A stretch of DNA of 64,000 nt from an uncultured Candidatus Saccharibacteria bacterium (GCA_964495425.1 CAZBVG010000003.1:64518-128517); one strand, 5' to 3'. Positions 26,097-36,317 are shown, counted from the stretch's first letter. Translations and numbers: made by a program. Notes: a model not told the origin generated them from the sequence alone.

Positions 26097-26726
26097 ATGG
26101 TTATCACATATCAAGGCGGCGCGTTTGTAAAAGTTCAGTTCGGCGATATTACACTTGCGGTAAATCCTATTTCAAAGGATTCAAAACTTAAGGCATCAAA
26201 ATTTGGTGCAGATATTGCACTCATTTCACTTAATCATGTTGATTTTTGTGGTGCCGATCAGGTTTCATTTGGTGAGAAAACAGCATTTTCAATCACCGGT
26301 CCTGGTGAATACGAAATCAAAGACGTCTTTATCAAAGGCTTCAAGTCAGAATCAAAGTACGGCGGTGAGGATCGACTTAATACCATTTACACGGTGAATC
26401 TCGAGAATATGAACCTTTGTTTCCTTGGAGCAAATGCTGCAAAGGAACTCTCGAGCGAAGTTTCAGAAGCAATCGATGATATTGATATTCTTTTTGTGCC
26501 TATCGGTGTTGATGGTGTGCTTGCACCAGCTGATGCAGCAAAACTTGCGGTGAAAATGGAACCAAAGCTCATCATTCCTCTCTATTTTGGAAATACAGCT
26601 GCACTTAAATCATTCCTCAAAGAAGCTGGCGAGGAAGATCAGAAACCTCAGGACAAACTTACGCTCAAAAAGAAGGATCTCGAAGGAAAGGATGCGGATG
26701 TTGTGGTGCTCGAACCTCAGGCATAA
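26097..26726 (+). CDS. MBL-fold metallo-hydrolase-like protein (degenerate metal motif)
   Basis: MVITYQGGAFVKVQFGDITLAVNP...ADIALISLNHVDFCGAD resembles the MBL HxHxDH region with substitutions. 209 aa. Confidence 0.4.
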   Translation: MVITYQGGAFVKVQFGDITLAVNPISKDSKLKASKFGADIALISLNHVDFCGADQVSFGEKTAFSITGPGEYEIKDVFIKGFKSESKYGGEDRLNTIYTVNLENMNLCFLGANAAKELSSEVSEAIDDIDILFVPIGVDGVLAPADAAKLAVKMEPKLIIPLYFGNTAALKSFLKEAGEEDQKPQDKLTLKKKDLEGKDADVVVLEPQA

Positions 26727-26737
26727 TTACTTGGTAA

Positions 26738-27016
26738 TTGGTTATAGTGGTCATGCTTAACTATCTTGAAAATTTACGAAAGCGACCGGAAGCAGAGCGA
26801 AGACGCAAGGTTTTTACTATTTCATTACTGATCACACTTATAATCGCAAGCATCTGGGGTGTATCACTTTTCATATATAAAAAGGGAATGCCTGTCGCAA
26901 AAGAAGGCACACCTTCAAATATTCCGAGCCTCTCAGATACTTTTTCAGCTTTCGGCAGCCAGATTCAAAAAATATTCCAAAATAGTGATACATATCAAAG
27001 CGAAACTGCGAAATAG
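26738..27016 (+). CDS. Hypothetical small membrane protein
   Basis: Single TM (VFTISLLITLIIASIWGVSLFIY) and a short tail. Confidence 0.3.
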   Translation: MVIVVMLNYLENLRKRPEAERRRKVFTISLLITLIIASIWGVSLFIYKKGMPVAKEGTPSNIPSLSDTFSAFGSQIQKIFQNSDTYQSETAK

Positions 27017-27118
27017 GGCTACTAATTTACCCCCAGGTCAACTACTTGAAAAGGCCTAAAAATGCTAGTATTTATGTATAAGAAGCTCAGTTTCTGAGCA
27101 TTATTTTTATCTTTTGTT

Positions 27119-29587
27119 ATGAGCCCAAAAACACCTGCGCCGGACCCTAAACTGCCATTCGTTGAGAAGGGCATTGTGCCACGATCAATTGTTACAGAAA
27201 TGCGAGATTCATATCTCGATTACGCGATGTCTGTTATTACATCGCGTGCTTTGCCTGATGTTCGAGATGGTTTGAAACCAGTGCATCGCAGAATTTTGTA
27301 CGCAATGCATGATATTGGTTTGACTGCATCAGCAAAGACCAAAAAATCCGCGACGATCGTTGGAGATGTGCTCGGTAAATATCATCCTCATGGAGACGCA
27401 TCTGTATATGACGCAATGGTGAAAATGGCACAGGACTTCTCGATGCGTTATCCGCTCATCATTGGCCAGGGTAACTTCGGTTCTATTGATGGTGATGGTG
27501 CTGCTGCGTATCGATACACTGAGGCGAAAATGTCTCGAGTTGCCGGTGAACTTCTCAGAGATCTAGAAAAGGAGACAGTAGATTTCCGACCAAACTACGA
27601 CAACACTCGAAAGGAACCTTCGGTTCTTCCAACATCTGTTCCTAATCTTTTGCTTAACGGTACTTTAGGTATTGCCGTTGGTATGGCGACGAACATTCCT
27701 CCTCACAACATGGTGGAGGTTTTAGATGCCACATCACATCTCATTGAAAATCCTGATGCAACGACTGAGGATCTTCTTCAATTTATTAAAGGTCCTGATT
27801 TTCCAACGGGTGGAACTATTTTCAGTGAAAAAGATATTCAGCATGCGTATTCAACTGGTCGTGGAGGAATTCTTACACGTGGTGACGCAGAAATTGTTGA
27901 AAACAAGGCTGGTCAATTCCAGATCATCATTACCTCAATCCCATATCGAGTTGTTAAAGCTGATCTTATCGTTGCTATTGCAGATCTTGTTCGAGATAAA
28001 AAAATTGAAGGTATTAAGGGCCTTCGAGACGAATCAGCAAAAGATATTCGTGTTGTAATCGATCTCAAGCAGGGTGCACATCCTCAGAAAGTTTTGAACT
28101 TCCTCTACAAGCACACACAGCTTGAAGATACGTTCCATCTCAACATTGTTGCTCTTGTTAAGGGCCGACCAGAGACACTTTCTCTCAAATCAATTCTTGA
28201 AAACTTCATCGAGCATCGAGTAGAAGTTGTAAAGCGACGAACTGCGTATGATTTGCGCATCGCTGAGGCTCGCGAGCATATCTTGATTGGTCTCAAAAAA
28301 GCACTCGATCATATCGACGAGATCATTAAACTTATTCGAAAATCTTCAAGTGTTGAAGATGCGAAGAATGGTCTCATGAAGACATTCAAATTCTCTGCGC
28401 TTCAGGCACAGGCGATTCTTGATATGCGACTCCAGAAGCTAGCCGCACTCGAACGCCAGAAGATCGAAGACGAACTCAAAGAAGTTCAGGCTCTCATTAA
28501 GGAACTCAAGGAACTTCTCGCAAGTCCAAAGAAAATTCTCGGCGTGATTAAGAAGGAAATCACCGACATTAAAGAAAAGTATGGCGATGAACGAAAGACT
28601 AAGGTCATTAAGCATGGTGCAAAGGTCATTTCAGATGAAGACCTTATTCCAGACGTCGAAAATGTGCTTGTGCTAACCCAGGGTGGTTATGTAAAGCGAA
28701 CTGTTCCAGATGAATATCGCAGACAGAAGCGAGGTGGTGTTGGAGTTGTTGATCTTGATACAAAAGAAGAGGATTTTGTGACAAACCTTGTTACTGCAAA
28801 TACTCATTCAGACATTCTTTTCTTTACAGATAAAGGAAAGGCTTACCAGATCAAGATGTACGAATTACCAGAAGGGAAGCGTGCAACAAAGGGTAAAGCG
28901 CTTGTGAATTTCCTTTCTCTTGCAGATAACGAGAAGGTGACCTCAATTCTTCCTATGCCAAAATCAGCGAAGGCACAGGCTGAACTTTCGCTTATGATGG
29001 TGACTAAATTGGGTACCGCAAAGAAGGTGAAAGCAGAAAGCTTCCATGATGTACGACGATCAGGATTGATTGCGATTACTCTTGAGCCAGGCGACGCGCT
29101 TATGTCAGTATCCTTTGTTTCAAAGGGCGATGATATGTCTATTATTACGTCTGAAGGTCAGTCGATTCGATTCGAAGAAGCAGATGTTCGTGAAATGGGC
29201 AGATCAGCAATGGGTGTGCGTGGTATAAGCCTTGCGAAAAATGATTTTGTAATTTCAGCAGACGTTATTAAGAAGGATCACAAGAATCCTCGCGTTATGG
29301 TTATTTCAAAGAATGGTTATGGCAAGACAACAAAGGCTGATGAGTACAAAACACAGAATCGTGGCGGATCAGGCATCCTCACAATGAATGTAACTGACAA
29401 GACCGGCCCAGTGATTGCTGCAAAAGTTATTACCGAAGAAGATAGCGAGCTTGTGGCAATGTCCAAGAAATCACAAGTTGTGCGTGTTGGACTCGATGAA
29501 ATTCCTGTGCTCGGACGATCAACACAGGGGGTACGAGTTATGAAACTTCGAGAAGGCGACTCATTAGCATCAGTGGTTTGCCTCTAG
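27119..29587 (+). CDS. gyrA: DNA gyrase subunit A
   Basis: [14 protein letters not shown], the active-site Tyr region, [28 protein letters not shown] (QRDR-like), and C-terminal beta-pinwheel repeats. 822 aa. Confidence 0.9.
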   Translation: MSPKTPAPDPKLPFVEKGIVPRSIVTEMRDSYLDYAMSVITSRALPDVRDGLKPVHRRILYAMHDIGLTASAKTKKSATIVGDVLGKYHPHGDASVYDAMVKMAQDFSMRYPLIIGQGNFGSIDGDGAAAYRYTEAKMSRVAGELLRDLEKETVDFRPNYDNTRKEPSVLPTSVPNLLLNGTLGIAVGMATNIPPHNMVEVLDATSHLIENPDATTEDLLQFIKGPDFPTGGTIFSEKDIQHAYSTGRGGILTRGDAEIVENKAGQFQIIITSIPYRVVKADLIVAIADLVRDKKIEGIKGLRDESAKDIRVVIDLKQGAHPQKVLNFLYKHTQLEDTFHLNIVALVKGRPETLSLKSILENFIEHRVEVVKRRTAYDLRIAEAREHILIGLKKALDHIDEIIKLIRKSSSVEDAKNGLMKTFKFSALQAQAILDMRLQKLAALERQKIEDELKEVQALIKELKELLASPKKILGVIKKEITDIKEKYGDERKTKVIKHGAKVISDEDLIPDVENVLVLTQGGYVKRTVPDEYRRQKRGGVGVVDLDTKEEDFVTNLVTANTHSDILFFTDKGKAYQIKMYELPEGKRATKGKALVNFLSLADNEKVTSILPMPKSAKAQAELSLMMVTKLGTAKKVKAESFHDVRRSGLIAITLEPGDALMSVSFVSKGDDMSIITSEGQSIRFEEADVREMGRSAMGVRGISLAKNDFVISADVIKKDHKNPRVMVISKNGYGKTTKADEYKTQNRGGSGILTMNVTDKTGPVIAAKVITEEDSELVAMSKKSQVVRVGLDEIPVLGRSTQGVRVMKLREGDSLASVVCL

Positions 29588-29595
29588 TATTTCAA

Positions 29596-29640
29596 AATAT
29601 AAGCAACAATAAAAAATCACCCTTACAGACAGGGTGATTG
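29596..29640. terminator. Bidirectional terminator hairpin (tcaccct-tacagac-agggtga)
   Basis: 7-bp stem between the convergent gyrA and cmk 3' ends. Confidence 0.5.
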
Positions 29641-29645
29641 TTGCT

Positions 29646-30359
29646 TTAGGCGACAGCCTTGTAGCGATCCAGAATCGACAACCTAGAGAGCCAAATGCCC
29701 TCGATGAGCTTGATCACACCATCAAGTGACATGTGATCGCTTTCGATAAGGAATGCTTCGGGCACCCGAATGAGCGGGCAACATGCACGCTTCATGTCTC
29801 GTTCATCCCGGAGGAGCAGGCTGGCATACGTTTCCACCATGGTGGTCCGTTCTCCTTTGAGGCGACGCTCCTCATACCGACGAGCCGCACGAACGTTGGC
29901 ATCTGCCGTAAGGTAGATTTTCAATACGGCATCCATAAACACGACGGAAGTCATGTCGCGACCTTCAGCGACAAGTCCAACGTTGTTGATGCAGCTGCGC
30001 TGTAGGCCAGTAACGAGATGTCGGACCTCGGGTATTTCCGAGACGAACCTGACATTGTTATCGATGTGAGCTGTCCGGATTTCGTGCCCAATTCGCCTCC
30101 CGTCGAGGTGGGCAATACTTTTCTTCATCTCGATGCGATGAATATTGTTTTCAGCAATTGTGATGACGGAGCGTGGATCGTGCTCCGGATTGACGCCTTC
30201 ATTGAGACAAAAAAGCGTCATGATCCGAAAAAGTGATCCCGAGTCGAGATGTTCGTATCCGAGCACCTGAGCAAGACCTTTGGCGGTCTGTGACTTTCCA
30301 GAACCAGCAGGTCCATCAATCGCAATGACGCGAACGGGACTGGCAGGATTAGAGTTCAT
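29646..30359 (-). CDS. cmk: Cytidylate kinase
   Basis: IAIDGPAGSGKSQTAKGLAQVLGYEHLDSGSLFR (P-loop plus Cmk signature). Confidence 0.85.
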   Translation of the reverse strand: MNSNPASPVRVIAIDGPAGSGKSQTAKGLAQVLGYEHLDSGSLFRIMTLFCLNEGVNPEHDPRSVITIAENNIHRIEMKKSIAHLDGRRIGHEIRTAHIDNNVRFVSEIPEVRHLVTGLQRSCINNVGLVAEGRDMTSVVFMDAVLKIYLTADANVRAARRYEERRLKGERTTMVETYASLLLRDERDMKRACCPLIRVPEAFLIESDHMSLDGVIKLIEGIWLSRLSILDRYKAVA

Positions 30360-30459
30360 AAAAAGAAGTTCCCTGGATTTGGTTGTAGAGTGACTGTTCC
30401 GGCTTCTAATGCTACCCGGTGTGACTCGATTGTCAATCGAAGTCCAAAAGCACTATAAT

Positions 30460-30993
30460 ATGTACATGTTTTCAGATCCCCGTCATAATATTGATCAACT
30501 ACACATTTCTCCAAATCAAATAGTGGTTGATATGGGAGCAGGTTCAGGTCACCACGCTCTGTGGGCAGCAAAAGCAGTTGCTCCGAACGGGCGAGTGGTC
30601 GCTGTTGATATACAAAGAGATCTTCTCGGGCGTCTTCAAAAAGAAGCACAAAAAAATCATATAAGAAATCTCGAGGTGGTTTCTGGTGATCTTGAAATGT
30701 TACGGGGAACAAATCTTCGTGACGGTTTTTGTGATGTGGTTATCGCCTCAAATATTCTCTTTATGATTAAAAACAAAAAAGTGTTTTTAGAGGAAGCGAA
30801 AAGAATATTAAAGCCTCGGGGAAGACTTTTGGTTATAGACTGGACGGGTTCATTTTCAAGCATGGGACCACATTCAGATCATGTATTGTATAAGGATGAC
30901 TGCGTAAAACTTGTAAAAAGTGTTGGATTTGAACAGGAAGAAGAAATACATGCTGGCTCCCATCATTATGGTATAATTTTCCGCAAGCCCTAA
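30460..30993 (+). CDS. Class I SAM-dependent methyltransferase
   Basis: Motif I VVDMGAGSGHHA, acidic motif II VVAVDIQ, and motif IV-like VVIASNIL. The overlapping antisense ORF 30356-30712 was rejected. Confidence 0.7.
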   Translation: MYMFSDPRHNIDQLHISPNQIVVDMGAGSGHHALWAAKAVAPNGRVVAVDIQRDLLGRLQKEAQKNHIRNLEVVSGDLEMLRGTNLRDGFCDVVIASNILFMIKNKKVFLEEAKRILKPRGRLLVIDWTGSFSSMGPHSDHVLYKDDCVKLVKSVGFEQEEEIHAGSHHYGIIFRKP

Positions 30994-30997
30994 GCAT

Positions 30998-32296
30998 ATG
31001 ACCCGTTTTCAACTTATATTCACCGGTATACTCGTGACTCTTGGCATCGCGGGAGTTATTGTGTTCGCAACGTTTAAAAATTCAGGAGAAAAGACTGCGC
31101 CCCGTGTTGTGATGTGGGGAACGCTTAAGTCTGAATATGTAAACACATTCCTTTCGGAGGTAATGCTCAAGAAGAAGGATACGATTAATGTTTCTTATAT
31201 CGAAAAGAGGTCTGATACATTTGAAGATGATCTCATCGCCGCCCTTGCTCGTGGCGCGGGTCCAGATATGGTACTTTTGCCGCAGGACCTAATTGTAAAG
31301 CAGCTCGATAAATTTTATATAACCCCGTACGAGAATTACTCTGAGAGAACATTTAAGGATTCGTTTATTCAAGAAGGTGAGTTGTATTTGATGCCAACGG
31401 GTATTGTAGGTTTTCCTTTCGCGGTTGACCCAATGGTTATGTATTGGAATAAAGATTTATTTGCAGCCGTAGATGCAGCGCTTCCACCGACATCATGGAC
31501 AGAGTTTTTTGGTCTCGTGCCAAAACTTACTAAGAAAGATGAGACAGGAAATATTAGCCAGAGCCTTGTTGCGTTTGGTGAAGTTCGGAATGTAACACAC
31601 GCAAAAGATATTATTTCACTTCTTGCGATTCAGGCAGGTACACCTATCGTCACGCGAGGACAGCAGGGTAATCTTGCAAGTGTATTCAATACTCGAAATT
31701 CATCAGGGTTAGTACCGGGCGAGCAGGCGGTTTCATTCTTTACTGAATTTTCTAATCCTGTTAAGGGATCATATTCGTGGAACAGAGCACTTTCAAATGA
31801 TCGAAGTTCATTTATTGCCGGCAAGCTTGCCTTGTATTTTGGTTATGCGAGTGAATTGGTGGGTATTCGTGACGCGAATCCAAATCTTAATTTTGATGTT
31901 ACGGTAGTGCCACAGACTACAGCGACACTTGCGGGTACCGCACGAAAAATGACGTTCGGTAATATGAACGGAGTGGCAATTCTTAAATCATCGAGAAATG
32001 TGGGGGCGGCATTTACGGCTGCGGTGAATCTCACAAATACAGATGCCCAGACATTGTGGGTTGAGAAATCCGGCTATCCTCCGGTAAGACGAGATCTACT
32101 AACAAAACTCCCTGGAGACGCATATATGGCAACGTTCTACCGTAGTGCGTTGGTTTCAAATGCATGGCTTGATCCAGATCGTGAGGGCACGGATTCGGTG
32201 TTTATGAAATTAGTGGAAAATATTACATCGGGTAGGCAGAGGGTAAGCGCGGCAGTAACAACAGCAAGTGTCGAAATTGATAATTTCATCCGCTAA
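30998..32296 (+). CDS. Extracellular solute-binding protein-like (SBP family 1), membrane anchored
   Basis: N-terminal TM anchor, then a two-lobe periplasmic-binding-protein-like sequence (VVMWGTL..., GAGPDMVLLPQD, SWTEFF). No cognate permease is adjacent. Stop is 3 nt before the first pilin-like gene. Confidence 0.45.
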   Translation: MTRFQLIFTGILVTLGIAGVIVFATFKNSGEKTAPRVVMWGTLKSEYVNTFLSEVMLKKKDTINVSYIEKRSDTFEDDLIAALARGAGPDMVLLPQDLIVKQLDKFYITPYENYSERTFKDSFIQEGELYLMPTGIVGFPFAVDPMVMYWNKDLFAAVDAALPPTSWTEFFGLVPKLTKKDETGNISQSLVAFGEVRNVTHAKDIISLLAIQAGTPIVTRGQQGNLASVFNTRNSSGLVPGEQAVSFFTEFSNPVKGSYSWNRALSNDRSSFIAGKLALYFGYASELVGIRDANPNLNFDVTVVPQTTATLAGTARKMTFGNMNGVAILKSSRNVGAAFTAAVNLTNTDAQTLWVEKSGYPPVRRDLLTKLPGDAYMATFYRSALVSNAWLDPDREGTDSVFMKLVENITSGRQRVSAAVTTASVEIDNFIR

Positions 32297-32299
32297 TTT

Positions 32300-32809
32300 A
32301 TGAGAAAAATTACTCTTATTAAGGTTCTCTTTGTTGTCACATTGCTTGTTTGCCTCATGCCGTCCATTTCTTTTGCGCAAAATATTCCTACTAACCCTTC
32401 CGTAAGAACCGGGGCAGATGGTGGAACTGGTAGTAACGATCCAGTTGATGTCGATTTTCAGTTTGTGACCTGTTCAGGAGTGGATGATCCAAGAACTCCA
32501 CAAAAGGAGAGGGAGTGTACATTTGAAGATATTATTCTTACTGCACGCAGAATTATTTATTTTGCGCTCTTTATGATTACGCCTATTCTTGTGGCGATGC
32601 TTGTATATACGGGATTTAAGTACATGACCGCAGGAGGTGATGTAAACCTAATTGCTGATGCTAAACGAATGCTTAAACCTGTTATCTATGGACTAATTCT
32701 GGTATTTGCAGCATGGCTTATTGTGTATACCCTATTGGGAAAGTTGCTCGCATTAAATATAAATGATGTATCAAAAGACTCCATTGTTCCGTCATCAATT
32801 AGATATTAA
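32300..32809 (+). CDS. VirB2/TrbC-like (T4SS-pilin-like) two-helix small secreted membrane protein, paralogue 1
   Basis: Signal peptide (LLVCLMPSISFAQ), loop, helix 1, YTGFKYMTAGGD, then AKRMLKPVIYGLILVFAAWLIVYTLL. Same architecture as the four paralogues downstream. Confidence 0.45.
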   Translation: MRKITLIKVLFVVTLLVCLMPSISFAQNIPTNPSVRTGADGGTGSNDPVDVDFQFVTCSGVDDPRTPQKERECTFEDIILTARRIIYFALFMITPILVAMLVYTGFKYMTAGGDVNLIADAKRMLKPVIYGLILVFAAWLIVYTLLGKLLALNINDVSKDSIVPSSIRY

Positions 32810-32813
32810 AAAT

Positions 32814-33227
32814 ATGAAAAATAAATTTTTCGTTACCTTGTGCTTACTTGCAGTGTTTCTTCCTTCTATTGTTTTTGCGCAGGGTGGAAGTAGTCAGGGT
32901 GGTGCGGGCGGAAGTTCACAAGGTGGTGCGGGCGGAAGTAGTCAGCCGGTTAATGTGGGCATACCAAATCCTCTTGGTGAGATAGATAGTTTGGCCGAGC
33001 TAGTTTTTAAGATAGTTGAGTTTGTTATAAGTTTTAGTTACGTAATCATCGCTTTCTTTATTATTCTTTCTGGTTTTAAATTTGTATTAGCTCAAGGGAA
33101 TGAGGAAAAACTTACAGAGGCAAAACAGATGTTGAAATATACAATTATTGGAGCATTTCTTGTGATAGGTGCACAAATAATTGTTGAGGTGCTAAAAGAC
33201 GTGTTGACTCAAATTGCCTCCTCATAA
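32814..33227 (+). CDS. T4SS-pilin-like two-helix protein, paralogue 2 (with GGSSQ/GGAGG tandem repeat)
   Basis: Signal peptide and (GGSSQGGAG)x2.5 repeat, then helix 1 IIAFFIILSGFKFVLAQGNEEKLTEAKQMLKYTIIGAFLVIGAQIIVEVL. Confidence 0.45.
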   Translation: MKNKFFVTLCLLAVFLPSIVFAQGGSSQGGAGGSSQGGAGGSSQPVNVGIPNPLGEIDSLAELVFKIVEFVISFSYVIIAFFIILSGFKFVLAQGNEEKLTEAKQMLKYTIIGAFLVIGAQIIVEVLKDVLTQIASS

Positions 33228-33231
33228 ATAA

Positions 33232-33265
33232 AAAAGTCCGGCTGTGAGGCCGGACTTCGCAATAA
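33232..33265. terminator. Bidirectional terminator (gtccggc-tgtgag-gccggac)
   Basis: 7-bp GC stem flanked by A6 and T-rich sequence, between paralogue 2 (+) and the minus-strand coiled-coil gene. Confidence 0.55.
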
Positions 33266-33271
33266 AGAACT

Positions 33272-34345
33272 TCAGAGGTTACTACCCAATGTGTATCTTG
33301 GTGAGAGTTTTGAGACCACCATTGGTTCGAATTTTGATACAAACTGTACCTGCGTGTTTGCACGCATGTGTGCTCGAGTGATCGGGCGGTCGACGATGCG
33401 AATCTTGTTGTCATCAACCAACTGTATCTCAACACCCGGTTTTTCGTCCCACTCGACTTGGTTTCTCAGTACATCCATAATTGGATATTTCATTGAAACC
33501 TCGCCGGCTGCATACTGATATCCTGTCCACTTACCACGTGAGTCAACTTTTACGATCGCGACTTTTGGTCCTGATACTGGAGTTGGAGGAGTGGAAACGG
33601 TAGGGGTAGACGCGATTGCCACAGAAGCTTTCTTTTCGGAAAGTTTCTGTGATAGATTCGCGATCTGTTCAGCCAAATCTTTTCGGCTGGATGACTGTGT
33701 GCCCAATTCCGTCTTCACTTCTTTGATGAGATTTTCGACACCGCTGTCGATATCATCCTGACGGAGACTGATACTTGTTAGTTTGTTTTCAAGTACTGCG
33801 ATCTTGCCGCATAGTTCGAGAACAGTTTTCTTGTGGAGATCAAGCTCAGTTGTGGTCTCCGAGTCTGATTTCCTTGAGCGAGCAATCATCATCTCCAGTC
33901 TGTCGACCTGATGTACTAGGTCGACATACTTTTGTTGTGAGTCACTGAGACTAGTGTCCACAACAGTGTTGTCAGAGTTCCAGAGCTGAGAAATAAATTT
34001 CCTACCCGTGGATTTTTCTGCAATGAGTATGATGATCACCACACCCGCGGCGATGAGAAAGAAGTTGAAAACTTGTAGAGTCAACGAGCGCTTCGGTGCC
34101 ACCGCCGATGTTATCGGGGTGGATGACGAAACCTTGTGGCTCTTTGTCGTCGTCTTCTTGGACATCTTCGTGGCCCGGGTGGCATTTTTCTTTGCCTCAC
34201 GACCAGTATAGTAGTTACGAATTCTTGTGGACATCCAGATCCAACCTTTCATCCACACACCGGGTCCTTTTGTGGGTGGCGGGGGCGGATTACTTGATGG
34301 TGGGGTATTCGCTGAAGAAGCTGTCGGTTTTGCAGGAGTTGTCAT
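33272..34345 (-). CDS. Membrane-anchored coiled-coil protein with Pro/Thr-rich N-terminus and C-terminal beta domain (hypothetical)
   Basis: 357 aa. Pro-rich N-terminus (PPSSNPPPPPTKGP), a TM (FNFFLIAAGVVIIILIA), long heptad-like segments, and a C-terminal beta-rich domain. Embedded in the pilin-like cluster. Confidence 0.4.
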   Translation of the reverse strand: MTTPAKPTASSANTPPSSNPPPPPTKGPGVWMKGWIWMSTRIRNYYTGREAKKNATRATKMSKKTTTKSHKVSSSTPITSAVAPKRSLTLQVFNFFLIAAGVVIIILIAEKSTGRKFISQLWNSDNTVVDTSLSDSQQKYVDLVHQVDRLEMMIARSRKSDSETTTELDLHKKTVLELCGKIAVLENKLTSISLRQDDIDSGVENLIKEVKTELGTQSSSRKDLAEQIANLSQKLSEKKASVAIASTPTVSTPPTPVSGPKVAIVKVDSRGKWTGYQYAAGEVSMKYPIMDVLRNQVEWDEKPGVEIQLVDDNKIRIVDRPITRAHMRANTQVQFVSKFEPMVVSKLSPRYTLGSNL

Positions 34346-34572
34346 TGAGAACCTTTCTGTTTGTTGTTGATTGTTGGGTGTATATCAAAGTACCTATTTA
34401 AAGTATTACATAAAATTATAGATTTGTCAATATATAAAGAGGTATGAAAAGCTCTTAGTACGGCCGTATAAATGGTCGGAGTGTCGTGTCTGTGGGTTGT
34501 ATTTGTTGTATAATGAATGAAAGCAACTTTTGAGAACCTATCAGAGGTGCTATTTATTACATAAGTAAACAT

Positions 34573-35022
34573 ATGAAAAGGAAATTAACGTTTGGGAAAG
34601 TACTAACTTTTACGGTGGCACTTTGCCTTATGGCGGCATTCGTAGCACCGATTGTCGTAAGCGCAGCACCAGCAACAAATACACAAGCTGGCGCGTGTGG
34701 AAATCTTACTAACACAGGTTTGAAGGGTGTTGTCGGCTGTATTATTGAGATTCTAAATACAGTTGTAGGTCTTCTAATTGCGGGTGGAGTTGTGTATACA
34801 GTCTATGGTGCTTTTCAAATGGTTCAAAGCGAGGAGAAGAGAGATGAAGGAAAGCAAAGAATTTACCACGGTATTATAGGTCTTTTCATAATGGTTTCAA
34901 TTTGGGGGTTGGTGAATATTCTTACTTCAACATTTAATTTGATTGGTACTCCTGTTGCCGCACCTGTTATTCAGGCACCCGCTGGAACAGGTGATGTGCC
35001 AGGTTTTGACGGTTCGTCCTAG
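34573..35022 (+). CDS. T4SS-pilin-like two-helix protein, paralogue 3
   Basis: Signal peptide AAFVAPIVVSAAPA, Cys pair, then LLIAGGVVYTVYGAFQMVQSEEKRDEGKQRIYHGIIGLFIMVSIWGLVNILTSTF. Confidence 0.45.
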   Translation: MKRKLTFGKVLTFTVALCLMAAFVAPIVVSAAPATNTQAGACGNLTNTGLKGVVGCIIEILNTVVGLLIAGGVVYTVYGAFQMVQSEEKRDEGKQRIYHGIIGLFIMVSIWGLVNILTSTFNLIGTPVAAPVIQAPAGTGDVPGFDGSS

Positions 35023-35120
35023 TTTTATCCCCATTGCCCTGTATCTATCGATATTTCCTGGTATAATAGGGAAGTACAGGCATTTAACAGCATTATTTAA
35101 GAGTTTTTTAGTAACTTAGT

Positions 35121-35489
35121 ATGAAAAAATTAGTCTATACCGCAGCTTTGTCACTTGCGCTTCCTCTTACGGCAGCAGCACAGGTTTCAAATCTCGAAGA
35201 CGTATTTCAGTTTATTAACAACCTCCTCAATACACTTCTTCCGCTTATCATCGCGGCAGCAGTTGTATACTTCATTTATGGTATCGCTCGCTACGTTATG
35301 GCAGGTGATGAGGATGCAAAGGCAGCAGCAAAGGACAAGATCATCTACGGTGTGATCGGCCTCTTTGTGATGGTATCTGTATGGGGACTCGTAAACATCC
35401 TTACAAATACTTTCTTCGGCGGTAGCGTTACGAATGCTGTGCCTTCTAACGTAAACGATCAGATTCCTGACGTAGACGTTGACCTCTAA
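35121..35489 (+). CDS. T4SS-pilin-like two-helix protein, paralogue 4
   Basis: Signal peptide ALPLTAAAQ, then LIIAAAVVYFIYGIARYVMAGDEDAKAAAKDKIIYGVIGLFVMVSVWGLVNILTNTF. Confidence 0.45.
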   Translation: MKKLVYTAALSLALPLTAAAQVSNLEDVFQFINNLLNTLLPLIIAAAVVYFIYGIARYVMAGDEDAKAAAKDKIIYGVIGLFVMVSVWGLVNILTNTFFGGSVTNAVPSNVNDQIPDVDVDL

Positions 35490-35500
35490 TCTTTAGAGAG

Positions 35501-35743
35501 ATGAATATTCCGGCGGTCCAAAAATTCTTTGAGCTTGTAGTCAATCCAATTGTACAATTGATGTTTGCGCTTGCTGTGGTTTATTTCATCTACGGAGTAT
35601 TCACATATATTCGTAAGTCAGATGATTCAGATGGAAGACTTACGGGAGGAAGACATATTCTCTGGTCTACCGTCGGACTCTTTATAATGGTATCTGTCTG
35701 GGGCATAATCGCTGTACTCAGAAGCACTATCGGAGTCAATTAA
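35501..35743 (+). CDS. T4SS-pilin-like two-helix protein, paralogue 5 (no cleavable signal peptide)
   Basis: 80 aa: LMFALAVVYFIYGVFTYIRKSDDSDGRLTGGRHILWSTVGLFIMVSVWGIIAVL. Shares the GLF(I/V)MVS(I/V)WG motif. Confidence 0.4.
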   Translation: MNIPAVQKFFELVVNPIVQLMFALAVVYFIYGVFTYIRKSDDSDGRLTGGRHILWSTVGLFIMVSVWGIIAVLRSTIGVN

Positions 35744-35810
35744 ATCACTATAGAAAAGAAAAAAGGAGTCGGGACGTATGTCTCGACTCCTTTGCTATTG
35801 AAAGAACACT

Positions 35811-36317
35811 CTAATGCCACCAATTTATGATCCACTCTTTTGCCTCTGTCGTTTCGCGGGTTACCCGAAACGATAGATACTCTGGCTTATAAGCCCCCCA
35901 GTCCGTTAAGTGAGGAGTCTCTTCGACCAGGTTACCCTGGCCGTCGTTTACTTTTATCACTTTTCCCGCGCGATTGTAGATCTTGAACCGAAGGCCGTCG
36001 AGATCGTTTAGGAAGCGAATCTTTCGGCCACGAATCGGTATCATTTCCACGGCTTCACCCGGCTTGATGATATTAGGTCTTGCTGCCTGGTAAAGTGTTC
36101 TGGTCGTTTGGACCGGATCACCTACATAGACATGTCCTTGTGACGACGTGGTAGGGGGGTCGCCATTAACTGCGGTCTCACTCCACTTCGTTGCCAGCAA
36201 TCTGCCCGCCATGTTAAACAGCAGAAGGATTGCGAAGAGGACTGCGAGCGTTTTCCCGAGCTTGTTAAGGCCCGTGAAATCGATTTTTCCTCTGACGTGA
36301 CCTGTAGTAGTGCTCAC
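35811..36317 (-). CDS. Membrane-anchored beta-rich protein, possible NfeD-like partner of the upstream SPFH-like gene
   Basis: N-terminal TM (LAVLFAILLLFNMAG) and a C-terminal beta-strand-rich (OB-like) domain. Overlaps the SPFH-like gene stop by 4 nt, which suggests an operon. Confidence 0.3.
   Translation of the reverse strand: MSTTTGHVRGKIDFTGLNKLGKTLAVLFAILLLFNMAGRLLATKWSETAVNGDPPTTSSQGHVYVGDPVQTTRTLYQAARPNIIKPGEAVEMIPIRGRKIRFLNDLDGLRFKIYNRAGKVIKVNDGQGNLVEETPHLTDWGAYKPEYLSFRVTRETTEAKEWIINWWH

Noticed and set aside
30356-30712. 118-aa minus-strand ORF overlapping the methyltransferase gene
   Set aside because: The opposite-strand ORF carries clear SAM-MTase motifs. The antisense ORF has none and would overlap the cmk start.
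32884-32945. Short tandem DNA repeat (ggtggaagtagtcagggtggtgcgggcggaagt...) considered as a possible CRISPR or VNTR
   Set aside because: It is in-frame coding sequence for the GGSSQGGAG repeat of pilin-like paralogue 2, with no spacer-repeat periodicity. No CRISPR array or cas gene is present in the window.
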